Of a stretch of 32,000 bases of DNA, positions 7,268 to 16,528 are shown one piece after another. Each line of letters starts with the position of its first letter. The stretch's first letter is position 1. Under the pieces are notes generated by a model. That model saw nothing but the letters and a program-made list of their open reading frames with translations, made no database searches and was not told the origin of the DNA. The stretch is taken from assembly GCA_028275885.1 (NCBI GenBank), contig JAPWTW010000004.1, positions 46,992 to 78,991 on the forward strand. The letters run 5' to 3'. The translations under genes and the position numbers were made by a program. This stretch comes from Candidatus Nanopusillus sp. Its GTDB lineage: Archaea > Nanobdellota > Nanobdellia > Nanobdellales > Nanobdellaceae.

Positions 7268-9070
7268 ATGGCATATGAGGTTTATATAGATAGTATTTTT
7301 GTTGGATATGTTGATGATGCTAATAAGTTTATTGAAGAATTTAAGGAAAAAAGAAGAAAAGGTATTATTCCATATTTTGTAAATATATATTTTGATGAGA
7401 CAAGAAATGTTATAGAAATATTAACAAGAAAAGGAAGGATTTTAAGGCCTTTAATTGTTGTAAAAGATGGTAAACCATTATTAACAAAGGAACATATTGA
7501 AAAATTAAAGAGAGGAGAAATAAAGTGGTCTGATTTAGAAAAGGAAGGTATAATTGAATGGGTTGATCCTGCTGAGGAAGAAAATTTAAATGTTGCATTG
7601 TATCCAGAAGACATAAAAGAAAATACAACTCATTTAGAGTTATCTTCATTAGTAATATTTAGTATAGCTACATCTTTAGTTCCATTTTCAAATAGAAACC
7701 AATCTGCAAGATTAAATAGAGGTGTTAGACCACAGAGACAGGCTCATGCTATATATTCATTAAACTTCCATAATAGATTTGATACTGATATATCGATATT
7801 ATATTATCCTCAATACCCGATTACCAGAACATTTTCTTTTAATATATTTAAGGATGATTATGCAATAGGACAAAATGTAATTGTTGCTGTTATGACACAA
7901 GAAGGATATAACATTGAAGATGCAATTATCATGAATAAAGGTTCAATAGATAGAGGATTATTTAGATCTGTATATTTTAGATCTTATGAAACAGAAAGAT
8001 TAAGATATTCTGGGGGATTACAAGATGAAATTACAATTCCAGATCCATCTGTAGAATTATATAGGGGAAAAGATAAATATAAAAATTTAGAAGAAGATGG
8101 AATTGTTGCTGTCGAATCATTTGTAAAATCTGAAGAGGTCCTTGTTGGTAAAGTGTCACCTCCAAGATTTATTGGTTTAACTTCCGAATCTATTGCAACT
8201 GGTTTAAGAAAGAAAGATTCTTCATTAACTACTGGTAGTGGGGAAGAAGGATGGGTAGATAGGGTTATAATAACAGAATCTGCTGATGGAAATTTACTTG
8301 TTAGGATAAAATTAAGAGATTTGAGGATTCCAGAACTTGGAGATAAGTTTTCTGTAAGACATGGACAGAAAGGTGTTTTGGGAATTATTGTTGACCCATC
8401 AGATATGCCATGGTCATCTTCAGGTCTTGTTCCTGATATAATATTTTCTCCTGCTGGAATTCCGTCAAGACAAACTGTTGGTTTATTATTAGAATTACTT
8501 GCTGGAAAGGTTGGAAGTTTAAATGGAAGATATGTTGATGGAACTCCATGGTATGGGGAAAGTGAAGAAGAATTAAGAAAGGAATTATTATCTTTGGGAT
8601 TTAGAGAAGATGGAACAGAAACATTATATAACCCTTTAACTGGAGATGAATTTAAAGTTAAAATATTTATTGGAAGTATTTATTATTTAAGATTAAAATA
8701 TATGGCAAAGAATAAATTACAAGCAAGAGCAACAGGTCCCGTTACATTATTAACAAGACAACCAACAGAAGGTAAATCAAAGAAAGGTGGTTTGAGATTT
8801 AGTGAAATGGAACATGAAGTTCTTGCTGCTCATGGTGCTTCTATATTATTAAGAGAATTATTTTCTTCTGATGATACAACTATTTATGTTTGTGAAAAAT
8901 GTGGTTCTCTCGCTGTTGAAGATAATATAAGAAATAGGGTTTATTGTCCTATTTGTGGTGAAACTGAAAAAATATCAAAAGTTAAAATTTCTTATGCATT
9001 CTACTTATTATTAAATGAATTAATTTCTCTTGGAATTTGGCCTAGACTTAAGTTGAATTATAAGTTTTAA
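7268..9070 (+). CDS. rpo2C: DNA-directed RNA polymerase subunit B' (Rpo2C, C-terminal half of split RpoB).
   Basis: 600 aa with SVRHGQKGV and GGLRFSEMEHEVLAAHGAS motifs. The C-terminal zinc ribbon reads CEKCG...CPICG. Confidence 0.97.
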   Translation: MAYEVYIDSIFVGYVDDANKFIEEFKEKRRKGIIPYFVNIYFDETRNVIEILTRKGRILRPLIVVKDGKPLLTKEHIEKLKRGEIKWSDLEKEGIIEWVDPAEEENLNVALYPEDIKENTTHLELSSLVIFSIATSLVPFSNRNQSARLNRGVRPQRQAHAIYSLNFHNRFDTDISILYYPQYPITRTFSFNIFKDDYAIGQNVIVAVMTQEGYNIEDAIIMNKGSIDRGLFRSVYFRSYETERLRYSGGLQDEITIPDPSVELYRGKDKYKNLEEDGIVAVESFVKSEEVLVGKVSPPRFIGLTSESIATGLRKKDSSLTTGSGEEGWVDRVIITESADGNLLVRIKLRDLRIPELGDKFSVRHGQKGVLGIIVDPSDMPWSSSGLVPDIIFSPAGIPSRQTVGLLLELLAGKVGSLNGRYVDGTPWYGESEEELRKELLSLGFREDGTETLYNPLTGDEFKVKIFIGSIYYLRLKYMAKNKLQARATGPVTLLTRQPTEGKSKKGGLRFSEMEHEVLAAHGASILLRELFSSDDTTIYVCEKCGSLAVEDNIRNRVYCPICGETEKISKVKISYAFYLLLNELISLGIWPRLKLNYKF

Positions 9071-11742
9071 TGATGAATGACATATTTTTTAAGAGAATTT
9101 CTGAAATTCAATATTCTCTATTAAGTCCAGATGCAATAAGGAAAATGTCTGCAGCAAAAATAATTGTATCAGAATTATATGATGAAGATGGAACCCCAAT
9201 AAGGGGTGGATTGATGGATTTAAGATTGGGAGTAGTAGATCCAAGCTATGTATGTGAAACATGTGGAAAAACTGCAGGAAAATGTCTAGGTCATTTTGGT
9301 CATATTGAATTGGCAAGACCAGTATTGCATCCAGAATTTTTACCAATTGTTAAAGAATTAGTAAATGCAGTTTGTCATAATTGTGGTCATGTAAAATTAA
9401 CAAAAGAAGAAAGAGAATTTGCATTAAATAGAATAGAAAAGTATAGGAATGCAAGAAGATGGAATAGATTATATAAATTTATAGTTAAGTTTGTATATTC
9501 AAAAGCTAAAAAAAGGTCAAAATGTCCTATATGTGGATATGAAAATCCAAAAGTTGAATTTAAGAAGCCATTTTACTTTTATATTAAGAATAAAGAAAAT
9601 GAAAGAAGGATGTATCCTGTTGAAATTAGAGCAATATTTGAGAAAATACCAAATGAAGATTTACCATTAATTGGATTTGAACCATCACTTTCTAGACCAG
9701 AGTGGATGATATTAACAGTTTTACCTGTACCTCCAGTAACAATGAGACCTTCAATAGTTTTAGAAACTGGTGAAAGAGCAGAAGATGATTTAACTCATAA
9801 ATTAGTTGATATTGTAAGAACAAATCAAAGATTAAAAGAAGATATAACTACGGGAGCTCCACAAGTTATTGTAGATGATATATATAATTTATTACAATAC
9901 CATATATTTACATATTTTAATAATACCTTACCATATGTTCCGAAAGCCCAACATAAATGGGGAAAACCTTTAAAATCGTTAGTTGAAAGAATATCTGGAA
10001 AAGAAGGAATAATTAGGAGATATCTGCTTGGAAAAAGGATAAATTATAGTTCAAGAGCAGTTATTACTCCAGATACAAAGATAAAACCAAATGAGGTTGG
10101 AATACCATTATATGTTGCAAAAACATTAACAGTTCCTGAAAGAGTTACTGAATGGAATATTGAAAAAATGAAGGAATATGTATTGAATGGACCTGAAAAA
10201 TATCCAGGCGCAAATTATGTAATATCACCAGATGGAAGAAAAAGGGTAATTACTGAAGAAAATAAAGAAACACTTGCTTCAATGATTGCACCAGGATGGA
10301 TTGTTGAAAGACATTTAATGGATGGGGATATTGTATTATTATTAAGATATCCTTCTTTACATAGATTATCAATGATGGGACATTATGTTAAAGTGCTTCC
10401 AGGAAATACTTTTAGGATAAATCCAATAATATGTAAACCTTATAATGCAGATTTTGATGGAGATGAAATGAATATATTCTTACCAAGAAGTGAAGAGGCA
10501 AGGGCAGAGACAGAATTTTTAGCAGAAATATCAAATAATTATATTACTCCAAGATATGGAGACTTTATTGTTGGTATGATTCAAGAAATGATAACAGGAT
10601 TATATTTAATAACACAAGATGATGTAAAGATACCAATTAATCAAGCAGCACAGTTAGTATATATGTCAAATGCTAATGATAAAGATTTAGATAAATTGTC
10701 TAATATTATTAAAAAAGCAAAAGATGAAGGAAGGAATTATTTAACTGGAAAGGAAGTAGCTTCAGTATTTTTACCAGATGACTTCAACTTTGAAAATGAT
10801 AAAATAAAGATAGAGAATGGAATGATAGTTAGAGGATATTTAGATTCAAGTTTAATAAAAGCAGAAAAAGGTAGATTATTTGTTATATTATATAAATTAT
10901 ATGGAAAAGAATATGTAACGGATCTATTACAAAAGTATAGCTTACTAGGAATATATTATCAATATAATTTGGGAATTACAATGTCTATTTCAGATTTTGA
11001 TTTACCAGAGGGGGCAAAAGAAGAAATAAAAAAGATAATAGATGATACTCAAAAGACAGTAGATAATTTATATAGGCAATATACTGAAGGAACTCTTGAA
11101 AGAATTGCTGGTAGAACTTTGCAGGAAACATATGAATTAAAATCTATACAAGTAATATCTGAAAGTGTTACAAAAATACAGGATGTTCTTAGAAAATATA
11201 TGAAAAAGGATACTGGTACATATATTATGTCTGTAACTGGTGCAAGAGGAGATTGGCAGGATGCTGTCAAGATGGCTGGGTCTTTAGGATTTCAAGCATT
11301 TAGAGGAAGATTCATAGATTTTGGTTATAGAGGAAGGAATTTATCAATATTTGAGAAAAATATATATCATCCAAAATATCATGGTTGGGTAATAAGTTCT
11401 TTTAGAGATGGATTAAAACCATGGGAAATGTTCTTCCATGCATTACCTGGTAGAGACTCTTTAATGGATACTGCAATAAGAACCGCTCAATCTGGATATT
11501 TCTATAGAAGATTAGTATTAAGTTTATATGATCTTCATGTAAATGATGATTTAACTGTTAGAGATGCTTATAATAAAATTATACAATTTGTTTATGGAGG
11601 AGATGGTGTTGCAGTACATAAATCAATAAATGGAAAATTAGATGTAAATTTACTGGCCCAAATTTTAAAACCTTATGTAGAAAATAATAAAGATGGAACT
11701 ACCAGAAAAAATAAAAAAGGAACTAGAAAAAATAGAAGATGA
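9070..11742 (+). CDS. rpo1N: DNA-directed RNA polymerase subunit A' (Rpo1N).
   Basis: 890 aa with N-terminal Zn motifs (CETCG...C..H.GH) and the catalytic YNADFDGDEMN motif. The start overlaps the B' stop (TAATG). Confidence 0.97.
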   Translation: MMNDIFFKRISEIQYSLLSPDAIRKMSAAKIIVSELYDEDGTPIRGGLMDLRLGVVDPSYVCETCGKTAGKCLGHFGHIELARPVLHPEFLPIVKELVNAVCHNCGHVKLTKEEREFALNRIEKYRNARRWNRLYKFIVKFVYSKAKKRSKCPICGYENPKVEFKKPFYFYIKNKENERRMYPVEIRAIFEKIPNEDLPLIGFEPSLSRPEWMILTVLPVPPVTMRPSIVLETGERAEDDLTHKLVDIVRTNQRLKEDITTGAPQVIVDDIYNLLQYHIFTYFNNTLPYVPKAQHKWGKPLKSLVERISGKEGIIRRYLLGKRINYSSRAVITPDTKIKPNEVGIPLYVAKTLTVPERVTEWNIEKMKEYVLNGPEKYPGANYVISPDGRKRVITEENKETLASMIAPGWIVERHLMDGDIVLLLRYPSLHRLSMMGHYVKVLPGNTFRINPIICKPYNADFDGDEMNIFLPRSEEARAETEFLAEISNNYITPRYGDFIVGMIQEMITGLYLITQDDVKIPINQAAQLVYMSNANDKDLDKLSNIIKKAKDEGRNYLTGKEVASVFLPDDFNFENDKIKIENGMIVRGYLDSSLIKAEKGRLFVILYKLYGKEYVTDLLQKYSLLGIYYQYNLGITMSISDFDLPEGAKEEIKKIIDDTQKTVDNLYRQYTEGTLERIAGRTLQETYELKSIQVISESVTKIQDVLRKYMKKDTGTYIMSVTGARGDWQDAVKMAGSLGFQAFRGRFIDFGYRGRNLSIFEKNIYHPKYHGWVISSFRDGLKPWEMFFHALPGRDSLMDTAIRTAQSGYFYRRLVLSLYDLHVNDDLTVRDAYNKIIQFVYGGDGVAVHKSINGKLDVNLLAQILKPYVENNKDGTTRKNKKGTRKNRR

Positions 11743-12787
11743 AAAATTAAGAAAAGTTGTAGAAGATTTTTCATATAAATTCATAGTAGATCCTGGTGAA
11801 CCTGTTGGTATAGTTACTGCTCAATCAATTGCAGAACCAACTACACAAATGATATTGAAATCTTTCCACTTTGTAGGTATATCTGCTCAGCAGGTTTCTT
11901 TAGGTTTACCTAGAATTACTGAAATAACTGATGCAAAAAAGAAAATGAAAAGGAAATATATGATAATAAGGTTATTGGATGAGTATAAAAATGATCTAAA
12001 TGTAGCTCAAGATGTTGCAAAAAGGATAAAGGAATTATTATTGGAGGATTTATTATCATCAATAACATTGGATGTATTTGAAAATAAGATAATAATTAGT
12101 TTAGATAAAGAAAAATTGAAAAAGGAAGAATTAACATTTGATGAAGTATTTAGAATATTAAAAAAGAAAATAAAGAAATATAAGGTTGAGAATGATAAAC
12201 AAAAAATATATATAATTGCTCCTAAATTATCTGCAAGGGAGTTATATTTGCTTAAAGAAATGATAAAGAAAATATTAATAAAAGGGATAAAAGGAATTAA
12301 AGATATAACTATACAGAAAGAAGGTAATGAATATGTAATATATACCGTTGGATCTAACTTATTAGAAGTTATGAAAATACCAGAAGTAGATTATACAAAA
12401 GTATATACAAATGATTTAAGAGAAATAGAAAAAGTACTTGGAATAGAAGCTACTAGGGCTGCAATATTACAAGAATTAGTTAAATTATATGAACAACAAG
12501 GTCTTAATGTAAATGTAAGACATTTTATGTTGGTAGCAGATATGTTGACATGGTATGGTATATATTTAGGTATAAATAGATATGGATTGCATGCAGAAAA
12601 AGAATCTACATTATCAAAAGCAGCATTTGAAACTCCAGTTTCTATATTTGTTAGATCTGCAATAATAGGGCAATCTGATAAAGTATTAAGTGGAATAGAT
12701 AATTCTATAATGAATCAACCAATATATTTAGGTACTGGTTTATATGATATATATTTTGTAGGAAATAAAAAGGAAGATAAGAAATAA
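11693..12787 (+). CDS. rpo1C: DNA-directed RNA polymerase subunit A'' (Rpo1C).
   Basis: 364 aa. VDPGEPVGIVTAQSIAEPTTQMILKSFHFVG is the trigger-loop region. It overlaps the A' 3' end by 50 nt in another frame. Confidence 0.95.
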   Translation: MELPEKIKKELEKIEDEKLRKVVEDFSYKFIVDPGEPVGIVTAQSIAEPTTQMILKSFHFVGISAQQVSLGLPRITEITDAKKKMKRKYMIIRLLDEYKNDLNVAQDVAKRIKELLLEDLLSSITLDVFENKIIISLDKEKLKKEELTFDEVFRILKKKIKKYKVENDKQKIYIIAPKLSARELYLLKEMIKKILIKGIKGIKDITIQKEGNEYVIYTVGSNLLEVMKIPEVDYTKVYTNDLREIEKVLGIEATRAAILQELVKLYEQQGLNVNVRHFMLVADMLTWYGIYLGINRYGLHAEKESTLSKAAFETPVSIFVRSAIIGQSDKVLSGIDNSIMNQPIYLGTGLYDIYFVGNKKEDKK

Positions 12788-12813
12788 AAATATTTTTTAT
12801 ATAGATAAATTTT

Positions 12814-13086
12814 ATGGTAACATTTGATGATTTAAGAAAGAAAATAGTTGATGAAAAAAGCATAATTATTGGGTATAATAGAACTTTAAAAATGATTAAA
12901 AGAGGAAAAGTTGAAAAAGTATTTTTAGCAAAAAATGTTCCTGAAAATATAAAAAAAGATATAGAATATTATCAGAAGTTAGGAAATTTTGAAGTAGAAG
13001 TACTGAATTATTCAAATGAAGAAGTAGGTTTGTTATTGAAAAAGCCATTTAAAATTTCCGTTATATCTATATTAAAGAATGGCTAA
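12814..13086 (+). CDS. rpl30e: Ribosomal protein eL30.
   Basis: 90 aa. The pattern LRKKI...[36 protein letters not shown]...[13 protein letters not shown] follows archaeal L30e. It occupies the canonical position after rpoA''. Confidence 0.9.
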   Translation: MVTFDDLRKKIVDEKSIIIGYNRTLKMIKRGKVEKVFLAKNVPENIKKDIEYYQKLGNFEVEVLNYSNEEVGLLLKKPFKISVISILKNG

Positions 13087-13507
13087 TGGATTATTTGCTG
13101 CTAAAAAATTAATTGAAAATAGAAAAAAATTTAGATGGAGTAAGAAAGAATGGAAAAGAAGAATATTAAAATTAAAAGAGAAATACGATCCCTTGGAAGG
13201 AAGTCCAATGGCATCGGGAATTGTATTGGAAAAAGTACAGATTGAAAAAAGACAACCATATTCTGGTATGATAAAATGTGTAAAAGTACAATTAAAGAAA
13301 AATGGGAAAATTGTTACAGCCTTTGCCCCAGGTGATAAAGCAATAAAATATATTGATGAACATGATGAAGTATTAATAGTTGGAATAGGTGGACCTAAGG
13401 GAAGAACTATAGGTTCAATACCCGGAGTAAGATATAAGGTAGTACTAGTAAATAGACAACCTTTAGAATTATTAAGAAAAGGTAAGATAGAAAAAGCTAG
13501 AAGATAG
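13079..13507 (+). CDS. rps12: Ribosomal protein uS12.
   Basis: 142 aa with [47 protein letters not shown]. It overlaps eL30 by 8 nt. Confidence 0.95.
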   Translation: MANGLFAAKKLIENRKKFRWSKKEWKRRILKLKEKYDPLEGSPMASGIVLEKVQIEKRQPYSGMIKCVKVQLKKNGKIVTAFAPGDKAIKYIDEHDEVLIVGIGGPKGRTIGSIPGVRYKVVLVNRQPLELLRKGKIEKARR

Positions 13508-13575
13508 TTTTTACTGAATAATTTTCCATATAGAAAGGATAAGAAAATAGTTACTATTTTTTGATAACAGAAATA

Positions 13576-13583
13576 TTTATATA
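13576..13583 (+). promoter_or_regulatory. TATA-box candidate for the inserted membrane-protein gene.
   Basis: TTTATATA is centred about 25 nt upstream of the ATG at 13605. Oligo-T runs (13509-13513 and 13555-13560) precede it, after the uS12 stop. Confidence 0.35.
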
Positions 13584-13604
13584 ATTTTATTACATAAAAA
13601 ATAA

Positions 13605-14420
13605 ATGGTATATAACTTATTGATATCTATAGGTTATTTTATTGGTTTTCTAATATTGGGTGGCATAGTAGGTTATTTTATTGGATGGATAGTATATAAA
13701 GTATTGAACTGGCTATTTACAAAATATGTAAAAATAGCAAATGTATATGAAAAATTAAAATCAACATTTAGCAAATTGCCAGAGATAAATGTAGCAAGCT
13801 TATTATCATATTTAGTTGGAATAATATTAGGAATATTAGTATTTAATAATGTATTATCATTGATGCCATACTTATTAACATCAGCACTGTATTATTATGT
13901 ATCTGATATATTCCAATGGACAATGATGATTTCTTCAGCATTATTATTAATATCAATAGTTGTATTAATAATAGCAGCTGGTGTAATTTTTTCTATATTC
14001 TTTACATCATATCTATATATATTAATTGAAGGATATAATGAATATGTAGCAGAATTATTGAAACTATTACTATTTGTAGGATTTGTATGGATAATAATAT
14101 ATTATTCCTTAAAATTATTAGGATTCCAATATACATTATTTGATAATATAATAAGTGTATTTGTTGTATTATCAATTGGATTAATTGTAATGAAATATAT
14201 AACAGAAAATATAAGCGAAAATGCATATTATAAAAATGTAAAACCATTTATCCAAGTATTTATATATTCAATATTCGTTATATCATCATTATCAGTATTA
14301 ACTGTTGGATATTCAAACATTTCACCAAGTATAGAGAAAATATTTGCATGGGGCTTTGTAATATTATTTGTACTAACACTAATACCAATTTTAGTTAAGG
14401 CAATAAAAGAATCAGAATAA
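13605..14420 (+). CDS. Polytopic integral membrane protein, unknown function (about 7-8 predicted TM segments).
   Basis: 271 aa, almost entirely hydrophobic helices separated by short loops. I recognise no family motif. It is located between uS12 and uS7. Confidence 0.6.
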   Translation: MVYNLLISIGYFIGFLILGGIVGYFIGWIVYKVLNWLFTKYVKIANVYEKLKSTFSKLPEINVASLLSYLVGIILGILVFNNVLSLMPYLLTSALYYYVSDIFQWTMMISSALLLISIVVLIIAAGVIFSIFFTSYLYILIEGYNEYVAELLKLLLFVGFVWIIIYYSLKLLGFQYTLFDNIISVFVVLSIGLIVMKYITENISENAYYKNVKPFIQVFIYSIFVISSLSVLTVGYSNISPSIEKIFAWGFVILFVLTLIPILVKAIKESE

Positions 14421-14451
14421 TTTTTTTAATTTATCTTTAATATTATTTTTA

Positions 14452-15057
14452 ATGGTAAATAATATTGATGATTTAAAATTTCTTGGAAGATGGAAATATG
14501 AAATAGATGTAGAAGATGAAACCTTGAAAACATTTATGAATCTAAAGCCGTATATTGTTCCTAAGACAAATGGTAGATATCAAAATAGAAAATTTGGAAG
14601 AAAAAATATACCAATTATAGAAAGATTGATTGGCAGATTAATGACACCAGGTCATTATGGTAAAAAACATAAGTTTACATCATATTATGCTTCTGGAGAA
14701 TATTACAAAGTATTAAAAATATTAATAAAAACATTTGAAATAATTGAAAAAGAAACAAAACAAAATCCAATAAAAGTATTGACAAAGGCAATAGAAAATG
14801 CTGCTCCAAGAGAAGAAATAACAAATATAGAAATGGGTGGTGCAAGATATCCAAAGGCAATAGATATTTCACCTTTAAGAAGAATTGATCTAGCTATAAG
14901 ACATATTGTATGGGGGGCATATCATAGTTCTAGAAATAAAAAAGATATGGCAAGTGCATTGGCAAAAGAAATAATAAATGCATATAAAAATTCAGTAGAA
15001 TCATTTGCAATACAAAAGAAATTAGAATTAGAAAGATTGGCTTCATCTTCTAGGTGA
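14452..15057 (+). CDS. rps7: Ribosomal protein uS7.
   Basis: 201 aa. The pattern IIERLIGRLM...GKK...IENAAPREEIT...GGARYPKAIDISPLRRIDLAIRHI follows archaeal S7. Confidence 0.93.
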   Translation: MVNNIDDLKFLGRWKYEIDVEDETLKTFMNLKPYIVPKTNGRYQNRKFGRKNIPIIERLIGRLMTPGHYGKKHKFTSYYASGEYYKVLKILIKTFEIIEKETKQNPIKVLTKAIENAAPREEITNIEMGGARYPKAIDISPLRRIDLAIRHIVWGAYHSSRNKKDMASALAKEIINAYKNSVESFAIQKKLELERLASSSR

Positions 15058-15092
15058 TTTATTTATAAAATTATAAAAGTAATTTTTATTTT

Positions 15093-15578
15093 ATGAAACC
15101 GCGGAGTCTCGTACCGAAAAAAGTTTTCTTTACCTCTGGTGTGGGTGTAGCAGATGATCCATTATTAAGTTTTGAATATGCATTGAGAGATGCAAAAATA
15201 GAGAAATTTAATCTAGTTCCGGTATCTAGTATAGCACCACCAAATATAAAAATTATAGATATAGATGAGGGATTAAAGTATCTAAAAGCAGGTCAGATTG
15301 TATTTTGTGTTCTAGCAAGATTTACATCAAATGAAAAGGATAAAGAAATATTTTCATCAATTGGAGTAGCATTACCTAAGGATAAAAAATATAATGGATA
15401 TTTTACAGAATATCATGGATATTATACTGGAAAAGAAGAAGGGTATGCAAAAAATATGGCAAAAAATATGTTAAGGTCTATGTATAATATAGAAATAAGT
15501 AGGGAATTTGAGATATTTAAAAAGGCAATTGTGAGAGATTACACAACAGTTGTATCTGCTGCAGTTTTTATTTTATAA
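15093..15578 (+). CDS. pdaD: Pyruvoyl-dependent arginine decarboxylase.
   Basis: 161 aa. VPKKVFFTSGVGVADDPLLSFEYALRDAKIEKFNLVPVSSIAPP contains the characteristic self-cleavage Ser-Ser region. Confidence 0.88.
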   Translation: MKPRSLVPKKVFFTSGVGVADDPLLSFEYALRDAKIEKFNLVPVSSIAPPNIKIIDIDEGLKYLKAGQIVFCVLARFTSNEKDKEIFSSIGVALPKDKKYNGYFTEYHGYYTGKEEGYAKNMAKNMLRSMYNIEISREFEIFKKAIVRDYTTVVSAAVFIL

Positions 15579-15585
15579 TCTTTTA

Positions 15586-16413
15586 TTATTCAAATATTTT
15601 TTTATATATTTCTTTTAGTTGACTTGGAACAACATGTGTATATATTTGTGTAATATTTAATGAACTATGTCCTAGTATTTCTTGTATATATCTTATATCA
15701 ACACCTTTTGATAATAATGTTGTTGCAAGAGAATGTCTCAATACATGAGGGGTCACTTTTTTACTTATTCCAGCTTTTTTTGCAATATTCTTTATAATTC
15801 TTTCTACTTGCCTTGGTGATAATGGAAAAATATTTTCAGTATTTATTTTATTTATATAATCTTTTAACTCATTTAACAATTCTTTTGGTATTGGTACTAT
15901 TCTTTCTTTCCCACCCTTTCCATATACTTTTACAAAACCTTCTTCAAAAATTATATCATTCTTTTTTATTTTTATTAATTCGGAAACTCTTACCCCAGTA
16001 TAAAATAAGAATTTAATAATTAATTTATCTCTATAATTTTCAGCATTTTCTAATAATTTATTTAATTCATCATATGTAATAAATTTTGGTAATCTTTTAT
16101 CTACCTTTGGAGCTTTTATTTGCTTTGCTAAATTTTCATTATCTAAAAATTTTAGAAATGAAGATAGAGCTCTAATATATAATCTTAATGAATTTGAATC
16201 CAATTTTTTCTCAACCTTTAATTTAGATAAAAATTTTAGGATTAAATTTTTGTCTAATGAATTATTAATAGATTTTATATCTTTAATAATTATTCCATTA
16301 TTTATTAGAAATTCTAAAAATTTCTTTATTATACCAGAATATGTTTTTATTGTATTTTTAGATTTTCCCTGTATCTCTAACCATACTTTATATTCTTCAA
16401 TAATTTCATTCAT
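15586..16413 (-). CDS. xerA: Tyrosine recombinase, XerA/XerC/XerD-like.
   Basis: 275 aa. It has an N-terminal SAM-like core-binding domain and a C-terminal catalytic region (GVRVSEL...HVLRHSLATTLLSKGVDIRYIQEILGHSSLNITQIYTHV) carrying the R..HxxR..Y residues. Confidence 0.88.
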   Translation of the reverse strand: MNEIIEEYKVWLEIQGKSKNTIKTYSGIIKKFLEFLINNGIIIKDIKSINNSLDKNLILKFLSKLKVEKKLDSNSLRLYIRALSSFLKFLDNENLAKQIKAPKVDKRLPKFITYDELNKLLENAENYRDKLIIKFLFYTGVRVSELIKIKKNDIIFEEGFVKVYGKGGKERIVPIPKELLNELKDYINKINTENIFPLSPRQVERIIKNIAKKAGISKKVTPHVLRHSLATTLLSKGVDIRYIQEILGHSSLNITQIYTHVVPSQLKEIYKKIFE

Positions 16414-16443
16414 TTATATTCCAGAAACTTTGTGATATAAAAA

Positions 16444-16451
16444 TTTTAAAT
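16444..16451 (+). promoter_or_regulatory. TATA-box candidate for the sRNA locus.
   Basis: TTTTAAAT is centred about 26 nt upstream of 16474, the first base of the GC-rich hairpin. Confidence 0.4.
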
Positions 16452-16473
16452 AATAAAAATATTATAATTTTAT

Positions 16474-16527
16474 CCCTACCTGCCATGCACTGGGGATATA
16501 TGAACCAGTTCCTCCAGGTAGGGAAGA
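16474..16527 (+). ncRNA. H/ACA-like guide RNA candidate (single pocket hairpin plus ANA trinucleotide).
   Basis: The lower stem CCCTACCTG (16474-16482) pairs with CAGGTAGGG (16515-16523) over 9 perfect bp. The internal loop has 6 nt (CCATGC) on one side and 5 nt (TCCTC) on the other. The upper stem ACTGG (16489-16493) pairs with CCAGT (16505-16509). The 11-nt apical loop GGATATATGAA contains GA dinucleotides. AGA at 16525-16527 lies just 3' of the stem, 15-17 nt from the upper-stem base. The locus is a GC-rich island in an AT-rich intergenic region. Confidence 0.45.
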
Positions 16528-16528
16528 A

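Noticed and set aside
6345-11270. Track ORFs antisense to the RNA polymerase genes: 6345..6683, 6938..7165, 7282..7614, 7410..7649, 9089..9346 and 11049..11270.
   Set aside because: Each lies entirely inside, and opposite to, a strongly supported and motif-rich RNAP gene. Their translations are low-complexity, Leu/Phe/Ser/Ile-rich and carry no recognisable motifs. They are shadow ORFs.
15093-15125. An unusually GC-rich run of rare codons at the very start of pdaD (ATGAAACCGCGGAGTCTCGTACCG), considered as a hidden RNA element or a split-tRNA fragment.
   Set aside because: I could not fold it into a convincing stem-loop or any tRNA-half pattern. It is in frame with a normal PdaD N-terminus (..VPKKVFFTSG). 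It is most simply just coding sequence.
15586-16413. The tyrosine recombinase, considered as proof of an integrated mobile element or provirus.
   Set aside because: Its size and motifs fit the housekeeping XerA chromosome resolvase. I saw no flanking direct repeats, partitioned integrase gene or viral or plasmid genes. It is retained only as a hypothesis in the findings, not called as a mobile element.
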